From positions 1,442-65,441 of the forward strand of contig QNFE01000003.1 in the NCBI GenBank assembly GCA_003645455.1: a DNA stretch of 64,000 nucleotides. The letters are read 5' to 3'. The notes beneath the pieces are model-generated. The model was not told the origin of the DNA. It saw only the letters and a list, made by a program, of their open reading frames with translations, and did no database searches. The DNA is from Gammaproteobacteria bacterium. GTDB lineage: Bacteria; Pseudomonadota; Gammaproteobacteria; QNFE01. The position numbers and the translations under genes are program-made. Shown here piece by piece: positions 9,216 through 17,811 of this stretch; within the stretch, counting starts at the first letter, position 1; the number at the start of each line of letters is the position of its first letter.

Positions 9216-9286
9216 TTTTTTTTAGATTTAGAATAGAGTTTTTAATTCTCAATTATCCATTCTCAATTTTCAATTATCCTCGTCTG

Positions 9287-9355
9287 CCTTGTTTTAAATT
9301 CCACCTTTTAAATTATTTTTTGCTATAATATCAGTTTTTTAAAAAATATAATAAA
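9287..9355 (+). promoter_or_regulatory. Promoter with extended -10 (TGCTATAAT), duplicated at about 11385-11453
   Basis: ccttgttttaaattcc(a)ccttttaaattattttttgctataatatca precedes both antitoxin genes 9356 and 11454. Confidence 0.7.
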
Positions 9356-9550
9356 ATGCAAACAATAACATTAAACATAAACGATGATTATATGCAAAAT
9401 TTTAAAACCATCTTAAAAGCTTTGCCAAAAAACAAAATCACAATAGCAAAAAATGAAGACGAATTATTTTTATCAACCTTAAAAAATAATCACAAAAAAG
9501 ATTATGTCAATAAAAATGAAATTTTTGAAGCACTATCGGTTAAATCTTAA
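9356..9550 (+). CDS. Putative type II antitoxin
   Basis: 64 aa; stop overlaps the start of a RelE-family toxin. Confidence 0.65.
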   Translation: MQTITLNINDDYMQNFKTILKALPKNKITIAKNEDELFLSTLKNNHKKDYVNKNEIFEALSVKS

Positions 9551-9816
9551 TGCAGATAAGATATGAAAAAAAGTTATTAAAAGACATCAAAAAACTAAAC
9601 AACGACAAATTAAAACAAAAACTAAAAACTATTTTTGAATTATTTGAAACTCAAAACACAATGGAGACAATTCAAAATATAAAAAAATTAAAATCACACG
9701 AGAACTATTATAGATTAAAAATATCAGATTACAGACTTGGTTTTCACTATCAAAATAACATTATCACAATAATCCGCATACTTCACCGCAAAGACATTTA
9801 TAAAAAATTTCCATAA
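9550..9816 (+). CDS. RelE/ParE-family toxin
   Basis: NIKKLK...YYRLKISDYRLGF...IIRILHRKDIYK RelE signature. Confidence 0.9.
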   Translation: MQIRYEKKLLKDIKKLNNDKLKQKLKTIFELFETQNTMETIQNIKKLKSHENYYRLKISDYRLGFHYQNNIITIIRILHRKDIYKKFP

Positions 9817-9848
9817 TAAAGACAAAAAGTAATTTTTATCTTGGCAGG

Positions 9849-10302
9849 TTATGATATTGGCGGTTTGTTTTGGTTAAATATGCGAATTATATCAATACAA
9901 TCATCGGTTTGGTTTATTCTGTAAATTATAGTATAACCTTTATATATCATATTTCTGACATTTTGATTATTGAAATATATTTACTTTCTATGTTTGTATG
10001 GAAAGTTTGGTATGTCATCAATCGCCTCATCTAATTTATCTTTAAAATTTTTACAAGCAGATAAATTATCATAAGCAATATAATATGAGACCCTTGCATA
10101 AATCAAGCACAATTTATAAAACACATAAAATGCACCTTTTCATAGCAAAAATTCGTCAAAGGGAATTACCATATTCCTCATTTTTGCTATAAAAATGCAC
10201 TATTTTCTGCATTCTTCTAAACAGCACTTGATTTATGCAAAGGTCTCATTCTAAAATTTGATAGAGATTTTCCTCGTGCCTACGAGACCGTCTGATTTTC
10301 AT
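9849..10302 (-). pseudogene. RelE/ParE-family toxin pseudogene (MITE insertion plus nonsense codon)
   Basis: MKIRRSRRHEENLYQILE [MITE 10087-10247] YIAYDNLSACKNFKDKLDEAIDDIPNFPYKHRK*IYFNNQNVRNMIYKGYTIIYRI...; start overlaps the antitoxin end. Confidence 0.85.
10087..10247. mobile_element. MITE, GAGACC family (about 160 bp)
   Basis: Terminal inverted repeats gagacc(c/t)ttgcataaatcaag / cttgatttatgcaaaggtctc and an internal second stem. Confidence 0.88.
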
Positions 10303-10549
10303 ATTTGGCATTTAATTTATGCAAAAAATCTTTCATATTTTTGTCGTATTGTGCTTTTGAGTGCATAACAACTTTACCGCTATCAATATCTTTTAAGTCT
10401 TGATGAAGTTGTTTTTGTCGTGCATAAAAATATGGGTCTGCTTTTAGATTATCATCTCTTTCTATTTTAATATAATCGCCATATTTTGCCACAATAGTCA
10501 GAAAATCTTGCATAAAATTATCTTTGACTTGAAGTTTTAAAGTTTGCAT
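10280..10549 (-). CDS. Putative antitoxin of the disrupted toxin
   Basis: 89 aa; DPYFYARQKQLHQDLKDIDSGK; similar to 11454-11744; overlaps the toxin start. Confidence 0.7.
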   Translation of the reverse strand: MQTLKLQVKDNFMQDFLTIVAKYGDYIKIERDDNLKADPYFYARQKQLHQDLKDIDSGKVVMHSKAQYDKNMKDFLHKLNAKYENQTVS

Positions 10550-10649
10550 AAAATAATAGTTTTTAAAAAATTAAACCACAATAACACAAAAAATTAAATC
10601 ATTCAAAAATCTCGTGTTATAATACCAATTTTTTAATTTTAAAAATATA

Positions 10650-10862
10650 ATGTTATCAATAACCATAAACAACCAAACAATTGAAAATTTTTATAAAAAA
10701 GATTGTCAAAATAATCAAAATAAATTCATTGATAATTTAATAGGTTATATTGAAAATTATAAAATAAAACAAAGCATAACAACAGGTTTGCATCAAGCAC
10801 AGCTCATAAAAAATGGCAAATTAGAAAAAATAGATTTAAAACAAGCCTTAAGGAAGCTCTAA
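10650..10862 (+). CDS. Putative antitoxin, 3' end altered by a MITE
   Basis: SITTGLHQAQLIKNGKLEK resembles partners of RelE/HigB toxins; last codons come from the inserted element. Confidence 0.65.
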   Translation: MLSITINNQTIENFYKKDCQNNQNKFIDNLIGYIENYKIKQSITTGLHQAQLIKNGKLEKIDLKQALRKL

Positions 10863-11013
10863 ATAACTACGATAATCATTAAAACAGCCACTATGCACTT
10901 GACTTGCAATTTTTTAAAAAAGCCCACAGAACCTTGCTATAATGGCCTTTAAAAAAAATCACAATTAAATAAATTGACTATTTTTCTAATCACCGCAGTT
11001 ATTCAGAACTTCC
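10852..11013. mobile_element. IS5-like MITE with TTAA target duplication
   Basis: TTAA(10848-51)-ggaagctctaaataactacg ... cgcagttattcagaacttcc-TTAA(11014-17). Confidence 0.85.
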
Positions 11014-11017
11014 TTAA

Positions 11018-11347
11018 ATGCCATATAAAATAATACCAACCCCTGAATTTATAAAAAATGTAAAAAATCTACGCAAAAAATTCAAAAACATAAAAACAGA
11101 TATTGAAAACCTGAGTTTGAAGCTTGAAAACAACCCAACAATTGGCACTAAATTATCAACAAACACTTACAAAATAAGATTAAAAAACAGCGATATTAAT
11201 AAAGGAAAAAGCGGAGGATATAGAGTCATAACATACATTGTCAATCAGCAAAACGAAATAATTTTATTAACAATTTATGCCAAGTCAAACCAAGAAATAA
11301 TAACGGACTCAGAAATTGAAAAGTTGATAGACAATACCAACAACTAA
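11018..11347 (+). CDS. RelE/HigB-type toxin
   Basis: YKIRLKNSDINKGKSGGYRVITY...LLTIYAKS signature. Confidence 0.9.
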   Translation: MPYKIIPTPEFIKNVKNLRKKFKNIKTDIENLSLKLENNPTIGTKLSTNTYKIRLKNSDINKGKSGGYRVITYIVNQQNEIILLTIYAKSNQEIITDSEIEKLIDNTNN

Positions 11348-11453
11348 CCCTTAAAACCAGCTGATTTTAAAAAACAAGATATTACCTTGTTTTAAATTCC
11401 CCTTTTAAATTATTTTTTGCTATAATATCAATTTTTAAAAAAAACATAACAAA

Positions 11454-11744
11454 ATGCAAACAATACAATTACAAATTGAAGATAAAAATATTGAAACATT
11501 TTTAACTATTTTAAATAATCTAAAAACTAATTTAATAAAAAATCTTACAATATCAAATGCAACAACTGAAAACTTAACCAAAAAATATCAAAACTCACCA
11601 CAATTCACAAAAGATAAAATTTATTTTCAATCTTGCTTAGATGACATTAACAACAACAAATCAAAACTATTAAAAGAAAACGAATATCAAACCCAAATAA
11701 CTGATTTTGAAGAAAAATTAAAATCAAAATATGCAGATAATTAA
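11454..11744 (+). CDS. Putative antitoxin
   Basis: 96 aa; paralog-like to 10280-10549; overlaps the downstream toxin start. Confidence 0.65.
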   Translation: MQTIQLQIEDKNIETFLTILNNLKTNLIKNLTISNATTENLTKKYQNSPQFTKDKIYFQSCLDDINNNKSKLLKENEYQTQITDFEEKLKSKYADN

Positions 11745-11996
11745 AAGCACTCAATATCTAAAAAAACTGCAAATTATCATGGAATATATTGCAAAAGATA
11801 ATTTATCAAGAGCATTAAAATTTAGAAAAAGTTTAGATGATGAAATTGATAACAACATAATAAATATGCCATTCAAATATCGCAAATCAATATGAGAGAT
11901 TTAATATTCAAAGGTTATGTAATTCCATATAAAATTGAGACTAACAACAATCGCATAATTATAATAGGTATAAATAAATACAAACTAAATTTATAA
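11731..11996 (+). pseudogene. RelE/ParE-family toxin pseudogene (internal deletion/frameshift)
   Basis: MQIIKSTQYLKKLQIIMEYIAKDNLSRALKF...MPFKYRKSI* then, in another frame, MRDLIFKGYVIPYKIE...; the segment matching YFNNQN of the paralog is missing. Confidence 0.8.
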
Positions 11997-12005
11997 TTTA
12001 TAACT

Positions 12006-12101
12006 ATGAAAACAATTAAAACAACAACAGGATTAGTGCAAACAATGAGAGAAATCCGCGACAAATATAGTTGCGAGATTTTGCCTATGTCGCTAACCTA
12101 A
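12006..12101 (+). pseudogene. Possible remnant of a small TA-associated protein
   Basis: MKTIKTTTGLVQTMREIRDKYSCEILPMSLT*, ending just before the repeat at 12110. Confidence 0.3.
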
Positions 12102-12109
12102 AAAAATTC

Positions 12110-12262
12110 CCGTCATTGCGAGGCGGACGGAAAAATGGTGTAATATCAAGCACTTAAACCGCCGTGGCAATCTCTTGAGGGGATAACGGAAACCCTGCGA
12201 GATAACCACGGCAGTTGATTACACCAGTTCCTCTTTTTTCTCCGTCTGCCTCGTTATGACGG
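12110..12262. repeat. 153-bp palindromic element (GTCATTGCGAG family), copy 2
   Basis: Direct, near-identical copy of 9063-9215. Confidence 0.9.
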
Positions 12263-12408
12263 ATTCTTTTTTTGTTTGGCAAAAATATAAAAATTAGTTA
12301 TTTCGCAATTCCACATAGTGGAAACAAGCTCTAAAAACAGAACAAAAAAAACAACAACAAAAACCAAAAAAGTTTATAATAGATGATTTTTTAAAACCGG
12401 AGCAATTT

Positions 12409-13322
12409 ATGAAAAAAGTAATTTTTATTTTAAGTTTATTTTTAACTAACCTATTGTTCGCCTATCAGTATGACCCTTTAAAAGCAGTTATGGCATATGA
12501 CGCACAAAAAAAAGGTGATTATAAAAAAGCAAGCGTATTGTGGAAGCAAAGTTGTGATGAAGGTAATGCAAATGGTTGTTTTAATCTTGGGTCATGTATG
12601 ACAATGGCAAAGGTGTTAGACAAGATAAAGTAAAAGCTATCATGCTCTACAAACAAGCCTGTGATGGAAGAGATGCCATGGGTTGCTTTAATCTTGGGTT
12701 GATGTATAGTAAGGGACAAATTTTAAAGCAAAATTTAGTAAAAAGTAAATTTTATGTTGGCAAGGCATGCGATTTGGGGCATCAACGAGGGTGTGAAGCC
12801 TACAAAAAACTCAACGAGCAAGGAATAAGTTCTGCCCCTATAAACGGTAGTGGCGACAACATAACAGATAATTTTAAAAATGCGATGACTTATTATAAAG
12901 CTGAAAATTTTTCACAAGCTTTGATTTATTTTGAAAAATCTTGCAATGATGGTAAGTTTATATCTTGTAATAATGCAGGTGGCATGTATCGGCTGGGGGA
13001 AGGCACAACTAAAAATCATCAATCTGCTTTGAATTTATTTGAAAAGGCTTGTAATGGCAAGACTTATATAGGTTGTTATAATTTGGCAGAGATGAACCTT
13101 TTAGGACAAGAAGTAAAAATAAATAAAAACACTAGGGGTGAGGGATTTAAACTTCTAATATATTCTTGTGATACTGGTAATCATGGTTTGTCTTGTTATA
13201 AGTTAGGAACATTGTCAGAGAATGCAAAAGATGAAAAAATGCAAGGTTTAAGCCAGTTTTATTTTAAAAAATCTTGTAAATTAGGACATAAAGAATCCTG
13301 CGGTAAAATATCAACAGAGTGA
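12409..13322 (+). pseudogene. Secreted cysteine-rich Sel1 (Hcp-like) repeat protein, frameshifted near 12590
   Basis: ORFs 12409-12633 and 12594-13322 join as GCFNLG-(V)-MYDNGKGV if one base is added at cttggg|tcatgtat; repeated C..G....C..LG units. Confidence 0.75.
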
Positions 13323-13337
13323 TTATTAGGTTTTTAA

Positions 13338-13547
13338 TTATGTAGATATGCTTTGCAAAATTTCAATATCTTTGCGGATTAGGTTGTTGATAGTTTTATT
13401 TAATGAAAAATTTGCCTTGCTATTTTTGTTTTTGTTTATAAAAAATTCTTTGTTTTCTTTGTCAAGGTAAATCGGAATATCTAATTCATTTTCAGGGCGA
13501 TAAAATTTACCTTGTTCGGCATCAGTAAAATCATATTCTTTTTTCAT
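13338..13547 (-). CDS. BrnA-like antitoxin
   Basis: MKKEYDFTDAEQGKFY...IPIYLD; overlaps the BrnT stop. Confidence 0.8.
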   Translation of the reverse strand: MKKEYDFTDAEQGKFYRPENELDIPIYLDKENKEFFINKNKNSKANFSLNKTINNLIRKDIEILQSIST

Positions 13548-13840
13548 TTTTTGCACCTTTGATAGTAATGGTTTTTTTCATTTTTGGTTGCGAGCCTTGC
13601 ACTTATAATACGAACGATTTCAAATTTATCAAAACCTCTGTATGTATGTGCCATAACCACAATTAAATTATTTTTTGTTTTTCCTAATATAATCCATCTG
13701 TCTTCATTTTGAGAGTTTTCATTGTCCTGCTTATTTAATGAAAAAGGATCAGAAAATACAGACAAAGCATCCTCAAAAGAGATTTTGTGTTTTTTTAAAT
13801 TACTTGTTGCTTTTTTATTGTCCCATTCAAATTTCATCAT
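13544..13840 (-). CDS. BrnT-family toxin
   Basis: FEWDNKKATSNLKKHKISFEDA...EDRWIILG...RIISARLAT. Confidence 0.92.
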   Translation of the reverse strand: MMKFEWDNKKATSNLKKHKISFEDALSVFSDPFSLNKQDNENSQNEDRWIILGKTKNNLIVVMAHTYRGFDKFEIVRIISARLATKNEKNHYYQRCKK

Positions 13841-14000
13841 AAAACTGCAAACAAGAAAAATTGACTACTATACCTTAATACTTTAATTTTTGCAAATATC
13901 TTTATCTGACCGAGAAAAAATATTATTGCGATTTTACAACTTTTAATTTTTGTTTTTGCTATTATGGTTATTTTACATTATAAAACATTAGGTAAAAATT

Positions 14001-14261
14001 ATGCAAACCGCTAAACTTTTTTTAAATGGCAATAGTCAAGCCGTTCGTTTTCCTAAATCATATAACTTTAAAACAGACAAAGTGTATTTAAAAAAAGTGC
14101 CACAGGGTGTGCTTTTGATGCCAGCTGAAAACAATAATGATGATAATATATGGGATAAATGGCAGAAAAATTTAGACGAGTTTAGTTCTGATTTAAAAAT
14201 TAAAAGAGAGCAGAATAAAACACAACAAAACAGAGCGAAAATAGATGAGTTATTTGCTTGA
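14001..14261 (+). CDS. vapB: VapB (AbrB-type) antitoxin
   Basis: TAKLFLNGNSQAVRFPK. Confidence 0.88.
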   Translation: MQTAKLFLNGNSQAVRFPKSYNFKTDKVYLKKVPQGVLLMPAENNNDDNIWDKWQKNLDEFSSDLKIKREQNKTQQNRAKIDELFA

Positions 14262-14649
14262 TACAAATATCTGCATTTATATTATCAACAATAGTTATAA
14301 AGAGGTTGTAGATAAGTTTAAAACAATTGCAATAGGCGATATTCATATCTCATCAATTACTGTCTCGGAACTTTTTTATGGAGTGCATAAAAGTAAAAAT
14401 AAAGATGATAATTTAATCAAATTAGACAACTTTCTTAATCCTTTTGAAATTCTTGTTTATGACAAAAAAGCATCACAAACTTATGGTTCTCTTCGTGCAA
14501 AATTAGAAAAAACAGGCAATGTTATAGGGTCGCTTGATATGTTAATAGCATCATCTGCCATCAGCCAAAATTTTACTTTGGTAACAAACAATGAAAAAGA
14601 GTTTAATCGTATTGGCAATTTAAAAATTGAAAATTGGATTGAAAAATAA
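14245..14649 (+). CDS. vapC: VapC PIN-domain toxin
   Basis: YLLDTNICIY, ELFYG, DMLIA, LVTNNEKEF. Confidence 0.93.
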   Translation: MSYLLDTNICIYIINNSYKEVVDKFKTIAIGDIHISSITVSELFYGVHKSKNKDDNLIKLDNFLNPFEILVYDKKASQTYGSLRAKLEKTGNVIGSLDMLIASSAISQNFTLVTNNEKEFNRIGNLKIENWIEK

Positions 14650-14652
14650 AAT

Positions 14653-14844
14653 ATGTATACTGACACAATAATAAAAGATGTTTGGAAAAATAAAGATGAA
14701 TATTTAAAAAATCATTCATATAACATTGACAACATAATCAAAGACTTGATGCAAAAACAAGAATTATCCAAGAAAAAATTTTATACTTTGCAAGAGTTGC
14801 CACAGAAGTCTGCGAATATAAAAAAACAAAATCAAGCACAATAA
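14653..14844 (+). CDS. Small hypothetical protein of the kind found beside PIN toxins
   Basis: 63 aa; DTIIKDVWKNKDEY...YNIDNIIKDL. Confidence 0.45.
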   Translation: MYTDTIIKDVWKNKDEYLKNHSYNIDNIIKDLMQKQELSKKKFYTLQELPQKSANIKKQNQAQ

Positions 14845-14857
14845 AAAAGGTTAAAAT

Positions 14858-15340
14858 ATGTTAAAAATAGGTTATGGAATAGATACCCATGCTTTTATGG
14901 AAGGCGATAATATAGTATTAAATGGTATAAAAATCAAACACAATAAAGCGATAAAAGCTCACTCAGACGGTGATGTTGCTATCCATTCGTTATGTGATGC
15001 AATCTTAGGGGCAAGTGCATTGGGGGATATTGGCGATTATTTTAAAGATACGGATGACAAATATAAAAATATTGATAGCACGATTTTATTAAAAAAATCA
15101 TACCAGATGGCACAACAAAAAAATTATAAAATCAATAATATTGATATGACAATAATAACCGAAACACCAAAAATATCAGAACATAAAAACAAAATGAAAG
15201 AAAATTTATCTGCAATATTAAAAATTGATATTGACGATATAAATATCAAAGCCACAACCTGCGAAAAATTAGGTTTTATTGGTGGCAAAAAAGGAATAAG
15301 TGTGCATTGTGTAGTTCTTATGGAGGATAAAAAATGTTAG
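14858..15340 (+). CDS. ispF: 2-C-methyl-D-erythritol 2,4-cyclodiphosphate synthase
   Basis: IGYGIDTHAF, AHSDGDVAIH, LGDIG, IKATTCEKLGF. Confidence 0.95.
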   Translation: MLKIGYGIDTHAFMEGDNIVLNGIKIKHNKAIKAHSDGDVAIHSLCDAILGASALGDIGDYFKDTDDKYKNIDSTILLKKSYQMAQQKNYKINNIDMTIITETPKISEHKNKMKENLSAILKIDIDDINIKATTCEKLGFIGGKKGISVHCVVLMEDKKC

Positions 15341-16392
15341 GTCCAGTTATGATAGACATCAGATCTTTCGTGCTTGATGAGCAAGAGATAACTATGATAA
15401 AAAATCCGCTTTGTGGTGGAGTAATTTTATTTAGCAGAAATTTTTCTGACAAAAAACAATTAAATGATCTATGTCAAAGCATCCGTGCCATAAAAAAACC
15501 ATCGCCACTTATATGCGTAGATCACGAAGGAGGTAGAGTGCAAAGATTTCATCAAGGTTTTATAAGTCTACCACCTATGGCAGAATTAGGTAAGATATAT
15601 CAAGAAAACAAGCAAGATGCGATAGAATATTCTTATAACATAGGGGAGTGCATAGCTATGGAGTTACAATCTTGCGGCATTGATTTTAGCTTTACTCCGG
15701 TTTTGGATATAAATCACGGCAATAGTGGGGTAATAGGAGACAGAGCATTTTCACATAACCCTTTAACCATTACAACCATAGCACATTCTTTAATGAAAGG
15801 CATGCAAGACAATGGTATGCAAGCTGTCGGCAAACACTTCCCAGGACACGGCTATGTCAAAGCCGACTCTCATTTATCTTTGCCTATTGATGACCGTGAT
15901 TTTGATTCAATTTACACCGCAGATTTAAGACCATTTAAAGCTATGATACAACACAACATAGCAGCCATAATGCCAGCCCATATTATTTATCAAAAAATAG
16001 ATCCAGATCCCGCAGGTTTTAGTAAATTTTGGCTCCAAGATATTCTAAGGAATAAGTTAGAATTTGAGGGGGTAATATTTTCAGATGATTTATCAATGGC
16101 AGGGGCAAAATTTGCAGGCAGTTATATTCAAAGAGCAAAAAAGGCTTTGGATGCAGGCTGTGATATGGTATTAGTTTGCAACCATCCTGCGGAGGCTAAT
16201 AATATCTTAGATAATTTAGATGTTGATAAAATAAAAAATTATAATCAAGCCATATCATCAATGAGATTGTTGAGAATGCACGGCAAAAATATAACATCAT
16301 ATGATAAATTAAAATATAACAATAGATATCAAAATATTTCGCAAAAAATAAAAAATAAATTTGAAAATCACGATTTACAAATGGACTTATAA
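15334..16392 (+). CDS. nagZ: Beta-N-acetylhexosaminidase
   Basis: VDHEGGRVQRF, KHFPGHG.V.ADSH, SDDLSM. Confidence 0.95.
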   Translation: MLGPVMIDIRSFVLDEQEITMIKNPLCGGVILFSRNFSDKKQLNDLCQSIRAIKKPSPLICVDHEGGRVQRFHQGFISLPPMAELGKIYQENKQDAIEYSYNIGECIAMELQSCGIDFSFTPVLDINHGNSGVIGDRAFSHNPLTITTIAHSLMKGMQDNGMQAVGKHFPGHGYVKADSHLSLPIDDRDFDSIYTADLRPFKAMIQHNIAAIMPAHIIYQKIDPDPAGFSKFWLQDILRNKLEFEGVIFSDDLSMAGAKFAGSYIQRAKKALDAGCDMVLVCNHPAEANNILDNLDVDKIKNYNQAISSMRLLRMHGKNITSYDKLKYNNRYQNISQKIKNKFENHDLQMDL

Positions 16393-16402
16393 CTTACAAC
16401 TT

Positions 16403-16903
16403 ATGACAGGCTTAAAACTAATTTATGACAATCAACAAATTGAAAAAGCAATCACAAAAATTGCCACCCAACTTAATATAGACTACAAAAATAAAAACCC
16501 ATTATTGTTATGTGTTTTAAATGGGGCAATAGTATTTTTTGGAAAATTATTGCCGTTGTTAGATTTTAATTGTCAGGTAGATTCAATCTGTGTTGCAAGA
16601 TATGGCAAAAAAAATATAGGTGGAGATTTAAAATGGTTAAAATATCCCAATCTAACCCTTAAAAACAAAGATATAATAATAGTTGATGATATTTTAGACG
16701 AGGGCATAACTCTTACTCAAATTATCAAATATTGTCAAGAAAATCAAGCCTCTTCAATAGTGTCCGTAATGCTTGCCGACAAACAAAAAAGCCCTATAAA
16801 AGCAGACTATACGGCTTTAAATATCCCAGATAAATTTATCGTAGGTTATGGCATGGATTCAAATGAAAAATATAGAAATCTTGATGGCATATATTCAATC
16901 TAA
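16403..16903 (+). CDS. hpt: Hypoxanthine-guanine phosphoribosyltransferase
   Basis: IIVDDILDEGITL PRPP motif; FIVGYGMD. Confidence 0.88.
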   Translation: MTGLKLIYDNQQIEKAITKIATQLNIDYKNKNPLLLCVLNGAIVFFGKLLPLLDFNCQVDSICVARYGKKNIGGDLKWLKYPNLTLKNKDIIIVDDILDEGITLTQIIKYCQENQASSIVSVMLADKQKSPIKADYTALNIPDKFIVGYGMDSNEKYRNLDGIYSI

Positions 16904-16915
16904 TAAACATATAAA

Positions 16916-17101
16916 GAGACCTTTGCATAGAGACCTTTGCATAATTTATAAAACACATAAAATGCACCTTTTAATAGCAAAAATTCGTCATCACGAGCGT
17001 AGCGAGGAACTCCAAAGGACTTGCCATTTTCCTCATTTTTGCTATAAAAATGCACTATTTTCTGTCCTCCATAGATCGCACTTGATTTATGCAAGGGTCT
17101 C
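16916..17101. mobile_element. MITE, GAGACC family, with doubled left end and ATAAA target duplication
   Basis: ataaa-gagacctttgcata-gagacctttgcataa...ttatgcaagggtctc-ataaa. Confidence 0.85.
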
Positions 17102-17189
17102 ATAAAAAACAATAATGATAAAGTGGTTAATATCTTTTTAATTATAAATTTAGTATCATAGTGTTTTTTTTAAAATAAGGACAAGCTTT

Positions 17190-17783
17190 ATGAACCCACT
17201 AAAATCTATCCCCCAAACCATAGTATTAGGCTTTGCATTATCCTTAATACTAGCTTTCGTCTTTAAAAGTAATAACTTTAATTTGTTGGAGTTATCAGTG
17301 TGGTTACATGTAATATTCGGCATAGTTTGGATTGGGTTATTATATTATTTTAATTTTATTCAAGTTCCTGCTATGGCTGATGCTTTGGCGGATAAAAATG
17401 GTCCGGGTCCTGCTGCTATTGGTAAATATGTAGCTCCCAAAGCATTATTGTGGTTTCGCTGGGCAGCTCTTGCAACCTGGATTACAGGCATTACAAGCTT
17501 AGAAGCGATGGCTCCTGGCACCTCATTAAAAGCATTTATGTTACAACCTGGGTTTGAGGTAATTGGCATAGGTGCATATTTGGGTAGCATAATGTTATTT
17601 AATGTATGGGTTCTTATTTGGCCAAACCAAAAAAAGATCTTGGGGCTTGGCAAAACGAAAGCCACTCCCGATCAAATAAATGGTGCAAAAGTTGTAGCGC
17701 TGTATGCCTCACGGATAAATACAATATTATCTATCCCATTATTATTAACCATGACAGCATATGGACATGGTATGGTTTTTTAA
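17190..17783 (+). CDS. Membrane protein of the urate hydroxylase PuuD N-terminal family
   Basis: WLHVIFGIVWIGLLYYFNF, ALLWFRWAALATW, MLFNVW..IWPNQK, SRINT. Confidence 0.75.
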   Translation: MNPLKSIPQTIVLGFALSLILAFVFKSNNFNLLELSVWLHVIFGIVWIGLLYYFNFIQVPAMADALADKNGPGPAAIGKYVAPKALLWFRWAALATWITGITSLEAMAPGTSLKAFMLQPGFEVIGIGAYLGSIMLFNVWVLIWPNQKKILGLGKTKATPDQINGAKVVALYASRINTILSIPLLLTMTAYGHGMVF

Positions 17784-17811
17784 AAAAATTTTATAAGCAA
17801 AACAGCAATTT

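Noticed and set aside
9001..9252. ORFs over repeats (also 16848-17112, 32633-32994, 33703-33942, 34582-34776, 60358-60543, 61235-61539)
   Set aside because: They are translations of palindromic elements or MITEs with no independent coding evidence
8967..14857. Integron cassette array
   Set aside because: No intI and no convincing attC sites seen by eye; modules have their own promoters and mixed orientation. A covariance search is still needed to exclude it
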